Assembly: GCA_002269645.1 (NCBI GenBank)
Contig: NIVC01002102.1
Coordinates: 1 to 64,000, forward strand
DNA from: Macrostomum lignano
Lineage: Eukaryota
Length of the DNA stretch: 64,000 nt
Direction: 5' to 3'
How positions within the stretch are numbered: position 1 is the first letter of the stretch; the number at the start of each line of letters is the position of its first letter. Position numbers and translations under genes: made by a program. The notes under the pieces were generated by a model. That model saw nothing but the letters and a program-made list of their open reading frames with translations, was not told where the DNA came from and did no database searches. Below are positions 38,600 to 50,046 of this stretch, one piece after another.

Positions 38600-41500
38600 A
38601 CTGTTTGTCAAATTTTGCAAGCTTTCTTGCAGGAGTTGCTAAGGCGGAAAGCCGCCAAGTCCAATTTTTTGCTGCAGTGTTGAACATTTTCTGGCACAGA
38701 AGTTGCAAGATCGGATGTTGAAACTCGCAGTGCATTTGAAATCGCAGATCTAGGGAGTCCCTCGAAGATCCTTGAGCAAATCGAATTGAACAGAACAACA
38801 TAGCGGTGTTGCAACTCCATAAATTGTTGGCTGCTCTGCAAATGCAAGATTACTTTCTATGCCTCCTTACAAATTGTGAAAGCAAGATCCGAAGGTTTAG
38901 CTAAGCCTCCTCTATTAACTTGCTGCAAAAATATAGAAGACACAGCGACGGCATCAGTAGCGAGGTCATTGTTCTAAGTAGCAATGAGTAGTTCGGCACA
39001 TGCTGGACATTGCTTTTGTGTAGCAATAGATCTAGCAAATTTTCCTGTGACATAATATGTGATGTTTGAATTGGTGGGTGCACTCTCTTGATCCAGATTC
39101 AGTAGGCTCACTATTTGCTCAGCTTCCTCTTTGATTCCTGGACTATCAATAATTCTGTCCGTTGCAAGAGACTGGATGTCCTGAGGTGCTACACAACTAA
39201 ACTTTAGGAGTGAAACAGAATGAACAGCCTTCTCACCATCTAAAACATCTTTACATGAGACATAGTAGTTCAGTCCCTTCCGGTGACAATACCATCCGAA
39301 TCTGCCCTCAAGTGGGTCAGATTGCATCGCCCCTAGGAGAATGTACTCAAACATGAGACTGTTCAACAGGTGCCTAATGCTTCAATCAGCGCATCCAGTG
39401 TGTGGCTAAGAGCCATAGAAGTTTGGTCACTCAAGCCTTTGCTTTTACAGGTCTTCCACTCGCGCACGTAGCTCACCACATCTTTCAGATATGCCAACTT
39501 CCAATCCATATCGGACCTAATGGGGTCTCTACTGTTGTCTCGCTTGTGCTTGCTGATTGTACTCATCTTAACGTTGAGAATGTGCCAAAGTCGAGCAATC
39601 AAAGTAACAAAAAGTGCAGTACCAGACCATAGTTTGGCATAATTTAATGAGTAAAACTCGAGTGCACTTGCGGTGGATTCAGAAAAAACTGCCAGTGCAA
39701 GCTTTGGGAATGTTTTTTGGATGCTTTTAGGTTCAATCACATTTGCGTTTAGTTTTGGAGCCAGCTTCAATGGTCGTTCTTTTTCCATCTCGTATAATTC
39801 TTTGATGTGGTTAAAATCTGCAAGAATGAAGTCCGTCCCTGATTCTTTTGTTGATGGGTTGGCAAAAAATTGACTTTCTTGATTGGGAAGCTCCAGAATA
39901 TGCCTGTTCCTAAAGTTGTTGTAGATATTCTTTATTGTGTGAGTCGGATCAAATAAGAGAAAAATTTTCTTGCTGGCATCGAATGGGTAAGTAATCCAAG
40001 GTTGGATATTTCCCTGACAGAGCTTATGAACAAAGAATGCGTGGTTAGCGGCATGATTATCTACCAAGATCGTCACAATATTTAAGTTGGTGAGCTGCAG
40101 CATTTCCATGACACTTAGGTAGTGTTCATGCAAGATATCTGGCTCATTCCATATAAGCATGGTCGTAACATGACAGGTTATTTTTACTTATAAAATGAAA
40201 TCTAATAATAGAATATACTAAACCAATATTTTAAATGAAAGATTATTTTGTCTAGAATATATTTATAGAGTTTCATATAGATATCATCATTAGTATAGAT
40301 GCTATTAAACCTTAAATGACACTTATGGTCGTAATGACAGGATTTTTGACATATAGAAACTAAAAGGTAAAAGTCTTATAACATTTTTCATTTTTTGATA
40401 TTTTGCAATACATTTTTAAAATTTGACTAAGAACATCTTTAGAAATCATACTCTTTTATAAGAATATATAAACTCAAAAGGCAACAAAGATACAAAAGAA
40501 AAGGCAGCCTTATGGTCGTAACATTATGGTTGTAACATATTTTTTTCTGTCAATTCAGTAACTTTGAGGTACTAATACATTAAAAATATAATAGATTATT
40601 TGGTCACCAATGCTTTTATCTGATGATGCAAGTACTATACTTTTATCTATAGTTTGTTTCAACCTTCAAAAGCTTTCTATTTGTTTTTAAAAGGTACAAA
40701 ATCTTAATGATGTCTTTTGCTTCGAAAAATGTCCAAATTTTTACAAAAATGACTTTTTGCCAATTGATAACATACTAATCCAACATTTTACCATTCCTTT
40801 ATTCTTAGATTGTATATATTGCACAATATAAACATTTGGTAAAAAAATAGGCTAATTAGGCAATGGCAAGCAAAAATATTGACTTTTTTCTATTTTCCAA
40901 ATATGTCCATCTTATATGGAATGAGCCATCTGCAGTCAGCTTGATTAGTGGAAAAAGCCCAACAATGTCGCGGAATTTTCCGGCAATGGATTTAACCATG
41001 AAGCAAAGCATAGTCAATGCTGGAGTAGCTTCTTGCATGCCCACGATCGTGCCTGAAGAGTAGTCTATTCTTCGATTAAGATGAATCTCATCAATTATGA
41101 GATTTACATTGCATTCCGCAATTGAAAGATCTTGCGTTCTTAAATGAATATACCTTTTGTCCGAGACACCAGGACTGACAGATAGAGGACTAGCTATCGC
41201 AGTCAATCGTCTTATAGATGGCAGCGTCATGACAACTTCGTCTAACAGCGCTTGATAGCAAGCCGTGCTTGTTGATTTTAGCATCATCGCAAATACGATC
41301 AATTCTGGGGAATAGCGCACTGACTGCTTTGACTGGCAGCACAGCCTGAGCTGCTCTAAAAGAAGCATTATTTTTTTCTGATTTTGGGGCACAAGCATGC
41401 CGTCAGCTGATTCTTCAAGGCTGCTGCACAGGCACTCAATTGCAGCCTCAATCCATTTTGAATCACAATTGTTCTGTGACGTCCAGGATTTAATTAAGGC

Positions 41501-42172
41501 AAGCAAGTTTTGGACTTGTGAAAAAAGATTCACCCTACCAAGCGTCAAAAATTGCTCCATTTTTTTCTGTGGTACAGGCTGTCCCCTCAGACTCACCACG
41601 ATACTCATGTCGTCATTCACCTTCAGAGAGCACATCAGTGTTGGAACGTCTTCAACAACAATGAAACAGAATGTAATGGATCTGAATGAATCTGGTTGCT
41701 TTCAAGCTGGGTTTTTATGTCCGCCAGCGATTCAATTTGGTCAGATGACATAAAATCAAATGCTTCATTCTCTAAACGATTAGACTCTGATTCGTGTCTC
41801 TTTTCTGCGGTAGTTGAGTCCCCTCTTGATTGAGAAGCTACTGGCTGAAGCCGCGCCGGAAGTTGGGGAAAAATTGAAGGAATTGCGTCTTTTTTAAGCC
41901 TTCTTTTGTTCAATAGCTGCTGATCTCTTTTGCGCTTGCGACGAGAGTTGGTGTCCAAAGAGTTGCAAACAAAATCCGACTCTGTGAAGTGCAAGGAGCA
42001 CAACCGGGATTCTTGTTGGAGTGTAATTCTCCCGCCGAATGCGTCGAATCCATTCCTGCAGCAGTTGAGCATCGTGCAGTGGAAATTCGTGGAAAGACAC
42101 TTTTCAAATTGAAGTAGCTGGTGCATGGGTATCTTTCCTGGCATATCCAGAATTGCAGTCGAAAGCGGCGCA
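38600..42172 (-). pseudogene. THAP-domain P-element transposase pseudogene
   Basis: THAP pieces CAAFDCNSGY, SFHEFP..D..LLQEWIRRIRR, LCSLHF, AIPSIF. Core LIIDEI, LCFMV, DNHAAN, FDPTHTIKN, QSDPLEGRFG. It has an in-frame stop, at least 3 frameshifts, no start codon, and an insertion at 40141-40927. Confidence 0.88.
40141..40927. mobile_element. Non-autonomous DNA element, 787 bp, nested in the P transposase
   Basis: 17-bp TIRs GGCTCATTCCATATAAG / CTTATATGGAATGAGCC and 4-bp TSD ATCT. Removing it restores ...LTAD|ILHEHYLSV... in frame. Confidence 0.9.
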
Positions 42173-42503
42173 CTTCCAGTAGTAATCTAGAATTCTATGG
42201 GTAGGCCATGCTGTTGAGATGCGCTCAACCGAGACAGAAAAGTTTGAGCCTTCAAAAAGGTCTTAACTAGCTTAGTCCCAAAGGTCTAAAGATCTAAAGA
42301 TCTATATCGCCACCAGGCAGACAGTGGCCGGCCGGCGCAGCCGATGCATCTCCGGGCCGGCCCTGCAAACTGCCTCTTCAAGGAGTTCCCGCCGCTCCCT
42401 GTCTGTCACGAGGCCAATTGATTCCAGACTAGCCCGAGATCCAAGGGCCAGGTCCCATTCCTGGCCTTATTGACTAGTAAAGTGCTCACTATGTTGCCAC
42501 CCA

Positions 42504-43280
42504 TCAACAGTAAGGTGGCTCAGGCTTCGGCCGGCGACAGCAGTTGCCAATGGTCGTTGGCGGCTCCTTGGGGGTGGGCAGCGGAGCCCTGGGAAGTTCA
42601 CCTCGCAGGGTCTCCACCAGGCCATTCCAGGTGGTGGTTGATTCCACTAGCTCATTGGGGTCAGTGGCCAGCCCCGGCATCCCGTCTGATCTGATCTGAT
42701 CTGACTGGGCCGCGGACCTCATTGAACTCTGGTAGCCTTCCGCCATGGCTTTTCCGGGGTCACGCTGGTGCATCTCCGGCCGGATGGAGGGCAACAGGTC
42801 GACGAAACCTGTAAATAAAGCCCTTACCTGGTGTCAGACTTCCGCTAGGCCGCGGGTCACTTGCTGCTCTAGCTGAGCATAGGCTAGGGCTGCCATTAAC
42901 CTCCGAGCTGTCATGCGACGTACATGTACATCCGCTGGGGGCGACTCAGCCGTGAGGTCGATGACCTCTGGGCAGTCGCCAGTCGCGGTTTGGGGCTTCG
43001 GTGGCGACGTCTGTGCCTTTGGGCTTCTCGCTCCTCCGGCCGGCTCTGTCGCGAAGAGGCGGAAGCCGCAAAGAGGGCCACAAGCATCGCCGTGGTTCGG
43101 GTGAGGGCGAGCGACTTCGCCGGTTCTGCCTGCGGCTGTGTCAGGATGACCTCTCTGGGTCATCTCCACAGCGGTTCTGCAGCCAGTGCTGGACGGCAAG
43201 AGGGCGGCGCGGAATACCCATGATCTCTGGGGATGGCGGCGTTTCAGGCCTGCGCCTGGTCCTGCTAGGAGAGGCAGAGG
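42504..43280 (-). pseudogene. Unassigned degenerate ORF (one internal TGA at 42834-42836), cut at its 5' side by a SINE
   Basis: Track ORFs 42834-43373 and 42504-42794 are in the same frame and separated by one stop. The part above 43280 is SINE-derived. No family recognised. Confidence 0.3.
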
Positions 43281-43598
43281 GGCTGTGTGCACCCTGGCGC
43301 ACTTTAAGCAGTATTGTTGCAAAACTGGCGAAAGGCATTTCTGCCCATTCCGCCGACTCCCCTGAGCAGGCACACAAGCATGCGGATTCGTACGCAGTCA
43401 TACGCACAGGCACACACTCACACAGGTGTGTAAAGCGGCCCTAACTTTATTTGTTGTTAGACATGTACACTTCGCTGCGCCTTGGGGGTTGGCCCAAGCC
43501 GAGATTCCAATTTAGCCCCAAAATTAACATGACTACACTTGGTATCGAGCCTGGGCCGCTGGTACATAAAAGCGGCGTGCTGGACCACTAGGAGCCCC
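43281..43598 (-). mobile_element. tRNA-derived SINE family B, most complete copy
   Basis: The minus-strand head GGGGCTCCTAGTGGTCCAGCACGCCGC...GGCCCAGGCTCGATACC has A-box and B-box-like motifs. The body is shared with at least four other loci in the window. Confidence 0.7.
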
Positions 43599-43650
43599 CA
43601 TTAGTTCATCTCGAATAACACTAATAATAAAAATCGTTTATTTATGCTCC

Positions 43651-46503
43651 ATGTCGGGCAAAGACACGCTTATAATTGATCTGGGCGCTGGCTATGTAAA
43701 GATTGGGTCAGTCAGCGAGTCAGAGCCTCGCCAGGTGATCAACTCTGTAACAAAGGCTAAGCACGTGAAAACTCGAGTATTTGTTGGCAATGAACTCGAC
43801 GAGTGCAAGGACTTGTCCGGTCTGTACTATCAGCTGCCTTTTCAGAAGGGCTATCTGCTCAATTGGGAGCTGCAGAAGCAGGTATTGGACCACTGCTTAA
43901 AGCCTTACGCCGATAAACGGCCGTTGTCAGAGTGGCAGGTGAGTGCCGTGGTAAAAATAGGCGAGCGTTCTGTGTCGCAGGAGCCTTGTCATCTAGTTAG
44001 TACTTTTTTTGAAACAACCCAACCAAGCATCTAGTCATTGTGTTAGCGCTTAATTATATGGTTTCTACTAAATCAATCTTAAATAGGCTAAATAGAGTTG
44101 TTATAAATGCGAAATGCGATTCTAATTCATGAGACGCAACTCAGTGATTCTACAGTGACTCCCGCACACCTCAGATACGACTCAACGGCCCCAGAGTCAC
44201 TTCACTTGTGTCGCCCCAAAGTCGCTCTTTGGCAACTCTGATGAATTTTTGGCGATTTTTAGTGTGACATCTAGTCGTTTTAAAGTCATCTAGAGTCACT
44301 TCTTTCCTATTTTACCTGTGCTATCTACAGCGACTCTGAAACGACTCTAGGGCGATGCAAGTGACTCTGGGACGCTTCTTGGCCTAGGTACGGTTTTCAT
44401 CGGGATAGGCTAGTCAAAGTTGCTCCAGTTGTCTACTCAAATTTCCGGAAAAATGTTTTCAACAACGCCAGGTAATAGTCACCGAGCCGTGTATTAATTT
44501 CTCGCCTGTGGCCGAGGCTCTCGACGAGGTGCTATTCGAAGAGTACGGATTTAAAGCTGTCGCCCGGCTGCCAGCCGCATTCCTGGCCGCTCAACGAGAT
44601 CAAAGGCAGCGCGGCGTGTCGCCAGCCGATCACGCCTGTCTAGTGCTCGACTGCGGCTATTCGTTCAGCCACGCTGCCGCTTACAGGCGAGGCCGCCTCG
44701 TGCCCGGCAGCGTCCGGCGGGTCAACGTTGGTGGCAAGGTTCGTAGTGTTTTATCAACAAGATATTCAACTGATATTCCCTTGAGAATACGTATTGGGTC
44801 TCGTTTCAGTATCCTTGGTCGATCCAAAATTTAGTCTATTGGACTAGCTGATCGGCTCCCCTTCGGAGAGATCGTGTGCTGCACACTATTAGGTAGCCAT
44901 CGCACATTTAGCATTGGTATTATCCGGTTAATTTGATTCTGGAGTGATTTTTTAATTGATTCTAGATAGAATATCAGACTTGAGATAGGAAGGAAGGAAG
45001 AACGGAGTATATATCGAAGGGAGTGAAGGAAGAAGGGAGGGAAGGGGGAGAAGGAAGGGAGGAAAGGAACGAAGGAAGGAAAAGATTTACCCCATTCGGT
45101 CTACTATGCCTACAATATATTGGGCACTACTATGAAAATAACAACTAGCAACCCCGCCGTCTACCCGCAGTACCATATATGCAATTATAACATAATTGTG
45201 CATTGCAGGTGCTAACCAACTATCTGAAAGAGGCCATCTCCTACCGGCAGCTGATGGTGATGGACGAGACCCACGTGATGAATCAGTGCAAAGAGGACGC
45301 CTGCTTTGTATCGGGAAATTTCGACGCAGATTTAGCTGCCATGTCGCGTGCAGCGCAGCGTTCACCGTTGGATTCTGAGGCGCAGGAGAGGTGCCAAAAG
45401 CTCTGCTGCGAGTACGTGCTGCCCGACTATGCTCAGCATCGGAGAGGCTTTGTGCGCCAGCTGGGCTCGCAGAAGCAGCAGCAGCAGGTGGTTGCTTGTT
45501 GCTTTTGTAGCTTCTTATTCGTCTGGGAGCGGGGGTTACCGATTCACCAAGTTATTTTGAGGTTCACCAACTTTATATGATAGATGGTTATGGTTATGTG
45601 ATAGTTAAGGTTCACCAACTTATGAGATAGATGGCTATGGTTCACCAACTTTAGATGAGAGATTGTTAGGGTTCACCAACTTATATGATAGATTGTTAAG
45701 GTTTACCAACTAATGCGATAGATGGTTACGGTTCACCAACTTTAGATAGTAGATTGTCACGGTTCACAAGTTTAGATGGCAGATTGTCACGGTTCACAAG
45801 TTTAGATGGTAGATTGTCACGGTTCACAAGTTTAGATGGTAGATTGTCACGGTTCACAAGTTTAGATGGCAGATTGTCACGGTTCACAAGTTTAGATGGC
45901 AGATTGTCACGGTTCACAAGTTTAGATGGCAGATTGTCACGGTTCACAAGTTTAGATGGTAGATTGTCACGGTTCACAACTTTAGATGGCAGATTGTCAC
46001 GGTTCACAAATTTAGATGGCAGATTGTCGCGGTTCACCAACTGCGATCTGACATGGCTAGCGTGTGAACTTTCTTTATCACATCCGCCGCAGGAGCAGAC
46101 CCTCCGTCTGGGCATTGAGCGCGTGGCCACCCCAGAGCTGCTGTTCCGGCCATCTGACGCGGGCATACCCGAGATGGGCGTGGCCGAAGCCCTGTGCGAC
46201 ACCCTGTCTGGCCTGCCGCCTCACGAGCAGCCGCTGTACACCGACGCCGTAGTTCTCGCCGGCGGCAGCTGCCGTTTCGCCGGATTTGCAAACCGGTTAG
46301 AAACGGAATTGCGAGCCTCTCTGCCGGACGATTTTCCGCTAGGCGTCCGTTGCCATGGCGACCCGGCCGCTCAGGCCTGGTTAGGCGGTCGCGACTTGGC
46401 CCTGTCGCCCGACGGAGCTTTGGAATGCTATGCGGTGTCGCGGAAGGACTATCGGGATCACGGGGCCGCCTTGTGCAACGAAAGATTTGCTCAGTTTACC
46501 TGA
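43651..46503 (+). CDS. ACTR6: Actin-related protein 6 (SWR1/SRCAP complex), 414 aa
   Basis: Exons 43651-43938, 44472-44738, 45209-45487 and 46093-46503 are all phase 0 with GT-AG. Motifs LYYQLPFQKGYLLNWE.Q, VTEP..NF, LVLDCGYSFSH, GGKVLTNYLKE.ISYRQL.VMDET.VMNQCKED.CFVS, EYVLPDY, ER...PELLF.PSD.GI.EMG. Confidence 0.96.
45540..46040. repeat. 30-bp minisatellite (AGATTGTCACGGTTCACAAGTTTAGATGGC), ARP6 intron 3
   Basis: Degenerate units on the donor side grade into near-identical units on the acceptor side. Confidence 0.94.
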
Positions 46504-46599
46504 TGCGTGTCGTGGAAAATCCGCGGAATTACCGTAGATTTGGCGCTTTGAAGTTGAATTAACTTTCGGGTTTCTGGCTACTCATATTGGATTTCTGGG

Positions 46600-46835
46600 T
46601 CTTGAGATTGGGTTTCCACTAGGCGTTCCAGATCCTCAGGTTGGGTTTCCGGATCCTCAGTTTGGGTTTCCGGATCCTCAGGTTGGGTTTCCGGATCCTC
46701 AGGTTGGGTTTCCGGATCCTCAGGTTGGGTTTCCGGATCCTCAGTTTCGGTTTCCGGATCCTCAGGTTGGGTTTCCGGATCCTCAGTTTCGGTTTCCGGA
46801 TCCTCAGTTTCGGTTTCCGGATCCTCAGGTTGGGT
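46600..46835. repeat. 21-bp minisatellite (GGTTTCCGGATCCTCAGGTTG) just 3' of ARP6
   Basis: About 10 units, starting ~100 bp after the stop codon. Confidence 0.94.
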
Positions 46836-47675
46836 TATGTGTCAATAATTTTTTAACTAATTAAGTCAATCTTTTTACAAATTAATGCATTATTTTAATT
46901 ATCCAATGCTGTTAATAAGTGGTCAATTATTCTGACTGACAAACTCGCATTTCACTCTACTGTAAGTAACAACCTAATTGCAGTATCAAACTTTCGTTAA
47001 CTACTATTATAAACAGATTTTGGTTAAAACTGTGTTCTGTGCGCAGTTCTGTTTAAGCTGCTGTTTGAGCAAAGTACACAGCTGTACTTTGACCATAATA
47101 AACTTGCGCAACCGTTGTTATAAATACGCGAATTAACCCATTGCATGTTGTAGTCTAAGTCTAATTAAAGATTGAAAACATATCGAGCTTCAAGGGTCTC
47201 TTATTTATTGGAAAAAATTCTTGGAAAAATTATCTGGTACCCAAATTTCAGAGGACTGGGACAACTACAAACTTATTTAAGCGTTTATCACGATGTTAAT
47301 TCTCATTTTACAAGACTACTGAGAGGTCAGTCAGTCTACCAGTGTACAAGACTGCTTTACTGAGAGGTCAGTCAGTCTACCAGTGTACAAGACTGCTTTA
47401 CTGAGAGGTCAGTCAGTCTACCAGTGTACAAGACTGCTTTACTGAGAGGTCAGTCAGTCTACCAGTGTACAAGACTGCTTTACTGAGAGGTCAGTCAGTC
47501 TACCAGTGTACAAGACTGCTTTACTGAGAGGTCAGTCAGTCTACCAGTGTACAAGACTGCTTTACTGAGAGGTCAGTCAGTCTACCAGTGTACAAGACTG
47601 CTTTACTGAGAGCTCAGTCAGTCTACCAGTGTACAAGACTGCTTTACTGAGAGGTCAGTCAGTCTACTAGTGTAC

Positions 47676-49845
47676 CCCGACCGAAAATATTGTCCTTCTA
47701 AAACGGTAAGTGTGCCAGTTGTGCCACAAATATGCCCTTTGACAGAGTTAACGAAACGAAAACGAAACCAATTGGCACACTTAGCACACTTGCTATAATT
47801 GAGCCAGTTGTGCCACAGCTATACCATTTAGCACAGTTACGAGTATAAATGTCTTTGTATGTCCTATTTGGAAAATTTGGCACACCTGGCACAAATAACC
47901 TTTTTATAGCTAATTGCCCTTGGAAACCATTTGGGACACTTAGCACATTTCCTACAAGTGTACCAGTTGTGCCACAGCTATACTATTTGACACAGTTATA
48001 CAACTGTCTTGGACTGTCCTTCTTGGCACACTTGGCACGAATATCCTTTTTTAGCTAATTGGTTATTAAAACAGACTGGCACACTTGGCACACTTGCTAC
48101 AATTGTACCAGTTGTGCCACAGCTATGACATTTGGCACAGTTATATGTCTGTCCTTCTTGGCACACTTGGCTCAAATAACCCTTTTTATTGCTAATTACC
48201 TAACAAAACTGTTTGACACACCCGGTGCAACTTGCACTGAGGCTGCGACGTCAGTAGCGTCGATTTCGGCAGATGACCGGCAGGTTTTCACTCCCAACTT
48301 GCGGCATGATCTGCTCAGACTCGAAAATGGCGCAACCGCGTTTGATTCACGCCATTACAAAAGAACTAAAGCAGCAGATCACGCAGCATCTCGCCGTCCA
48401 TCTAGATCAGCTCTTGGACAGTTGACAACATGCTGGTCGACGAAAATGGAAAGAAATTATACTACGGTAAGAAACTAATAGTCCTTCATTTATGATCGCG
48501 CAAATATCCTATTGTTACTCTCAAACGCTCTCCAATCCTTAAAAAAACTACCTCTGCAGCCAATCGGTTTCGCCTTTACGTCGAATGTCGCCCGGACCAG
48601 GGCCATAGCCCGGGTACGGATGTACAAAGAATCGACGAGCTTTTGGTCACGTCGTTGCGCGGTCGCGCTTCTGAACCTGGTCGGGCACGCCTGCCAGTAG
48701 ACGCGCGGCGTCTACAAGCAATCATCGATTACTTGGCCGGCCTTGACATCCACACCAATATGAAAGCGGTCGAACAGGCATACGTCCAATGCTCCATCAC
48801 CGTCAGTCGACGTGAAAAGCGCTCCGGACGTTTGCCTGTAAAGAAACGACGTCAAGGAGTAGCTGCCGGTGCCACTGACACTGTGCAGTCGGAGGCTATT
48901 GATGCATCTCGCGAAGCCTGAGCACGGGAAGAGCTGCTGTAACTTCTGTCCTATAACACTAAACCTGTTTGCCAAATGCGGGAGCGATCTAGCTTGGCAT
49001 GTTTTTCCCCCACGTTTCTGTTTTTGTTTTCCACTGGAAATTTGCTCCTTCCCACATAGACTAACCAACTATATTACTATAGTTAGCTCCAGGCTCGTAA
49101 ATTAGAATAACACCAGGAATCAGATTTGGTCACTGACTAAAATAACTATAGGGTACAAGTGGTGTATGAGTAGTTTCCCTTGTTTTTTCGGTTTGTCTGG
49201 TTGTTTGTTTTGTTCTTTGTTGTTCTTTCAATTTTTGTCGCCTCTTTTTCTGCTGGCTTCCATTTATGCTTTTTTTACATTTCGCAGCCTTTTCTTTTTC
49301 TGTTTTGCACATGTTTTTTGTCACGTTTTCTACTTTCCATCAAATATATACGTATTTATGCAACATCCCTTTTTCCTACTGTTTTAATTATTTGACAGTT
49401 TAATTTTCATTGACAGCTCTTTTCATTTTGTCTTCCCTCATTTAAACATGTACTTCTCGCAAAATGTTGGCTACTTCATACATACACTTCATAACTCGTA
49501 GTTGACTAACGGGTGTCAACTATAACAGCATCAGATAGCACATTACGCGCCAAGTTTAACTGCTTCAAACTGCACATTTACTCGTATGGTGCCAAATGGT
49601 ACATTTATGGCACAGTTGTGCACAATTATAAGCATTCAAAAATGGCTTCGACAACTGGCACAGTTGTGGCACAGTTGTGGCATAGTAAGTGCACAATTAA
49701 AAATTTGATTCTTAATTGTCACATGTGCCACCAATTGTCAATTCTCCCCAATTTCGTGTCGTTTCGACAATTATTTTGGGATTCCCCCCAATTCATTTTT
49801 TATGTGCTATTTGACGAATTTAAAGAACAATTATTTCCGGTCGGG
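47676..49845 (+). mobile_element. Non-autonomous CMC/EnSpm-type element, 2170 bp
   Basis: CCC...GGG termini with imperfect TIRs CCCGACCG(A/G)AAATA. 2-bp TSD AC. Numerous subterminal TTGTGCCAC/GGCACA repeats at both ends. Confidence 0.88.
48327..48921 (+). pseudogene. BEN-domain-like accessory ORF inside the CMC element (one intron, one frameshift)
   Basis: Intron 48467-48559 (GTAAGA..CTGCAG) joins KKLYY|ANRFRLY in frame. IDELLVTSLRGR...LPVDARRLQAIIDYL resembles the BEN core. There is a frameshift near 48420. Confidence 0.5.
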
Positions 49846-50046
49846 ACAAGACTGCTTTACTGAGGGGTCAGTCAGTCTACCAGTGTACAATTGACTGCTT
49901 TACTGAGGGGTCATACAGTCTACCCGTGTACAAAACTACTTTACTGAGGGGTCATACAGTCTACCAGTGTATAAAACTACTTTACTGGGGGGTCATACAG
50001 TCTACCCGTGTACAAAACTACTTTACTGAGGGGTCATACAGTCTAC

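Larger units (their letters stand above)
38383..42199 (-). mobile_element. P-superfamily (THAP9-like) DNA transposon, decayed
   Basis: Perfect 29-bp TIRs CATAGAATTCTAGATTACTACTGGAAGTG at 38383-38411 and 42171-42199. 7-bp TSD GGTAGGC on both sides. Confidence 0.93.

Noticed and set aside
42809-42827. Apparent GTAAGG...TTACAG intron
   Set aside because: It is only 19 nt long, and the flanking ORFs are already in the same frame.
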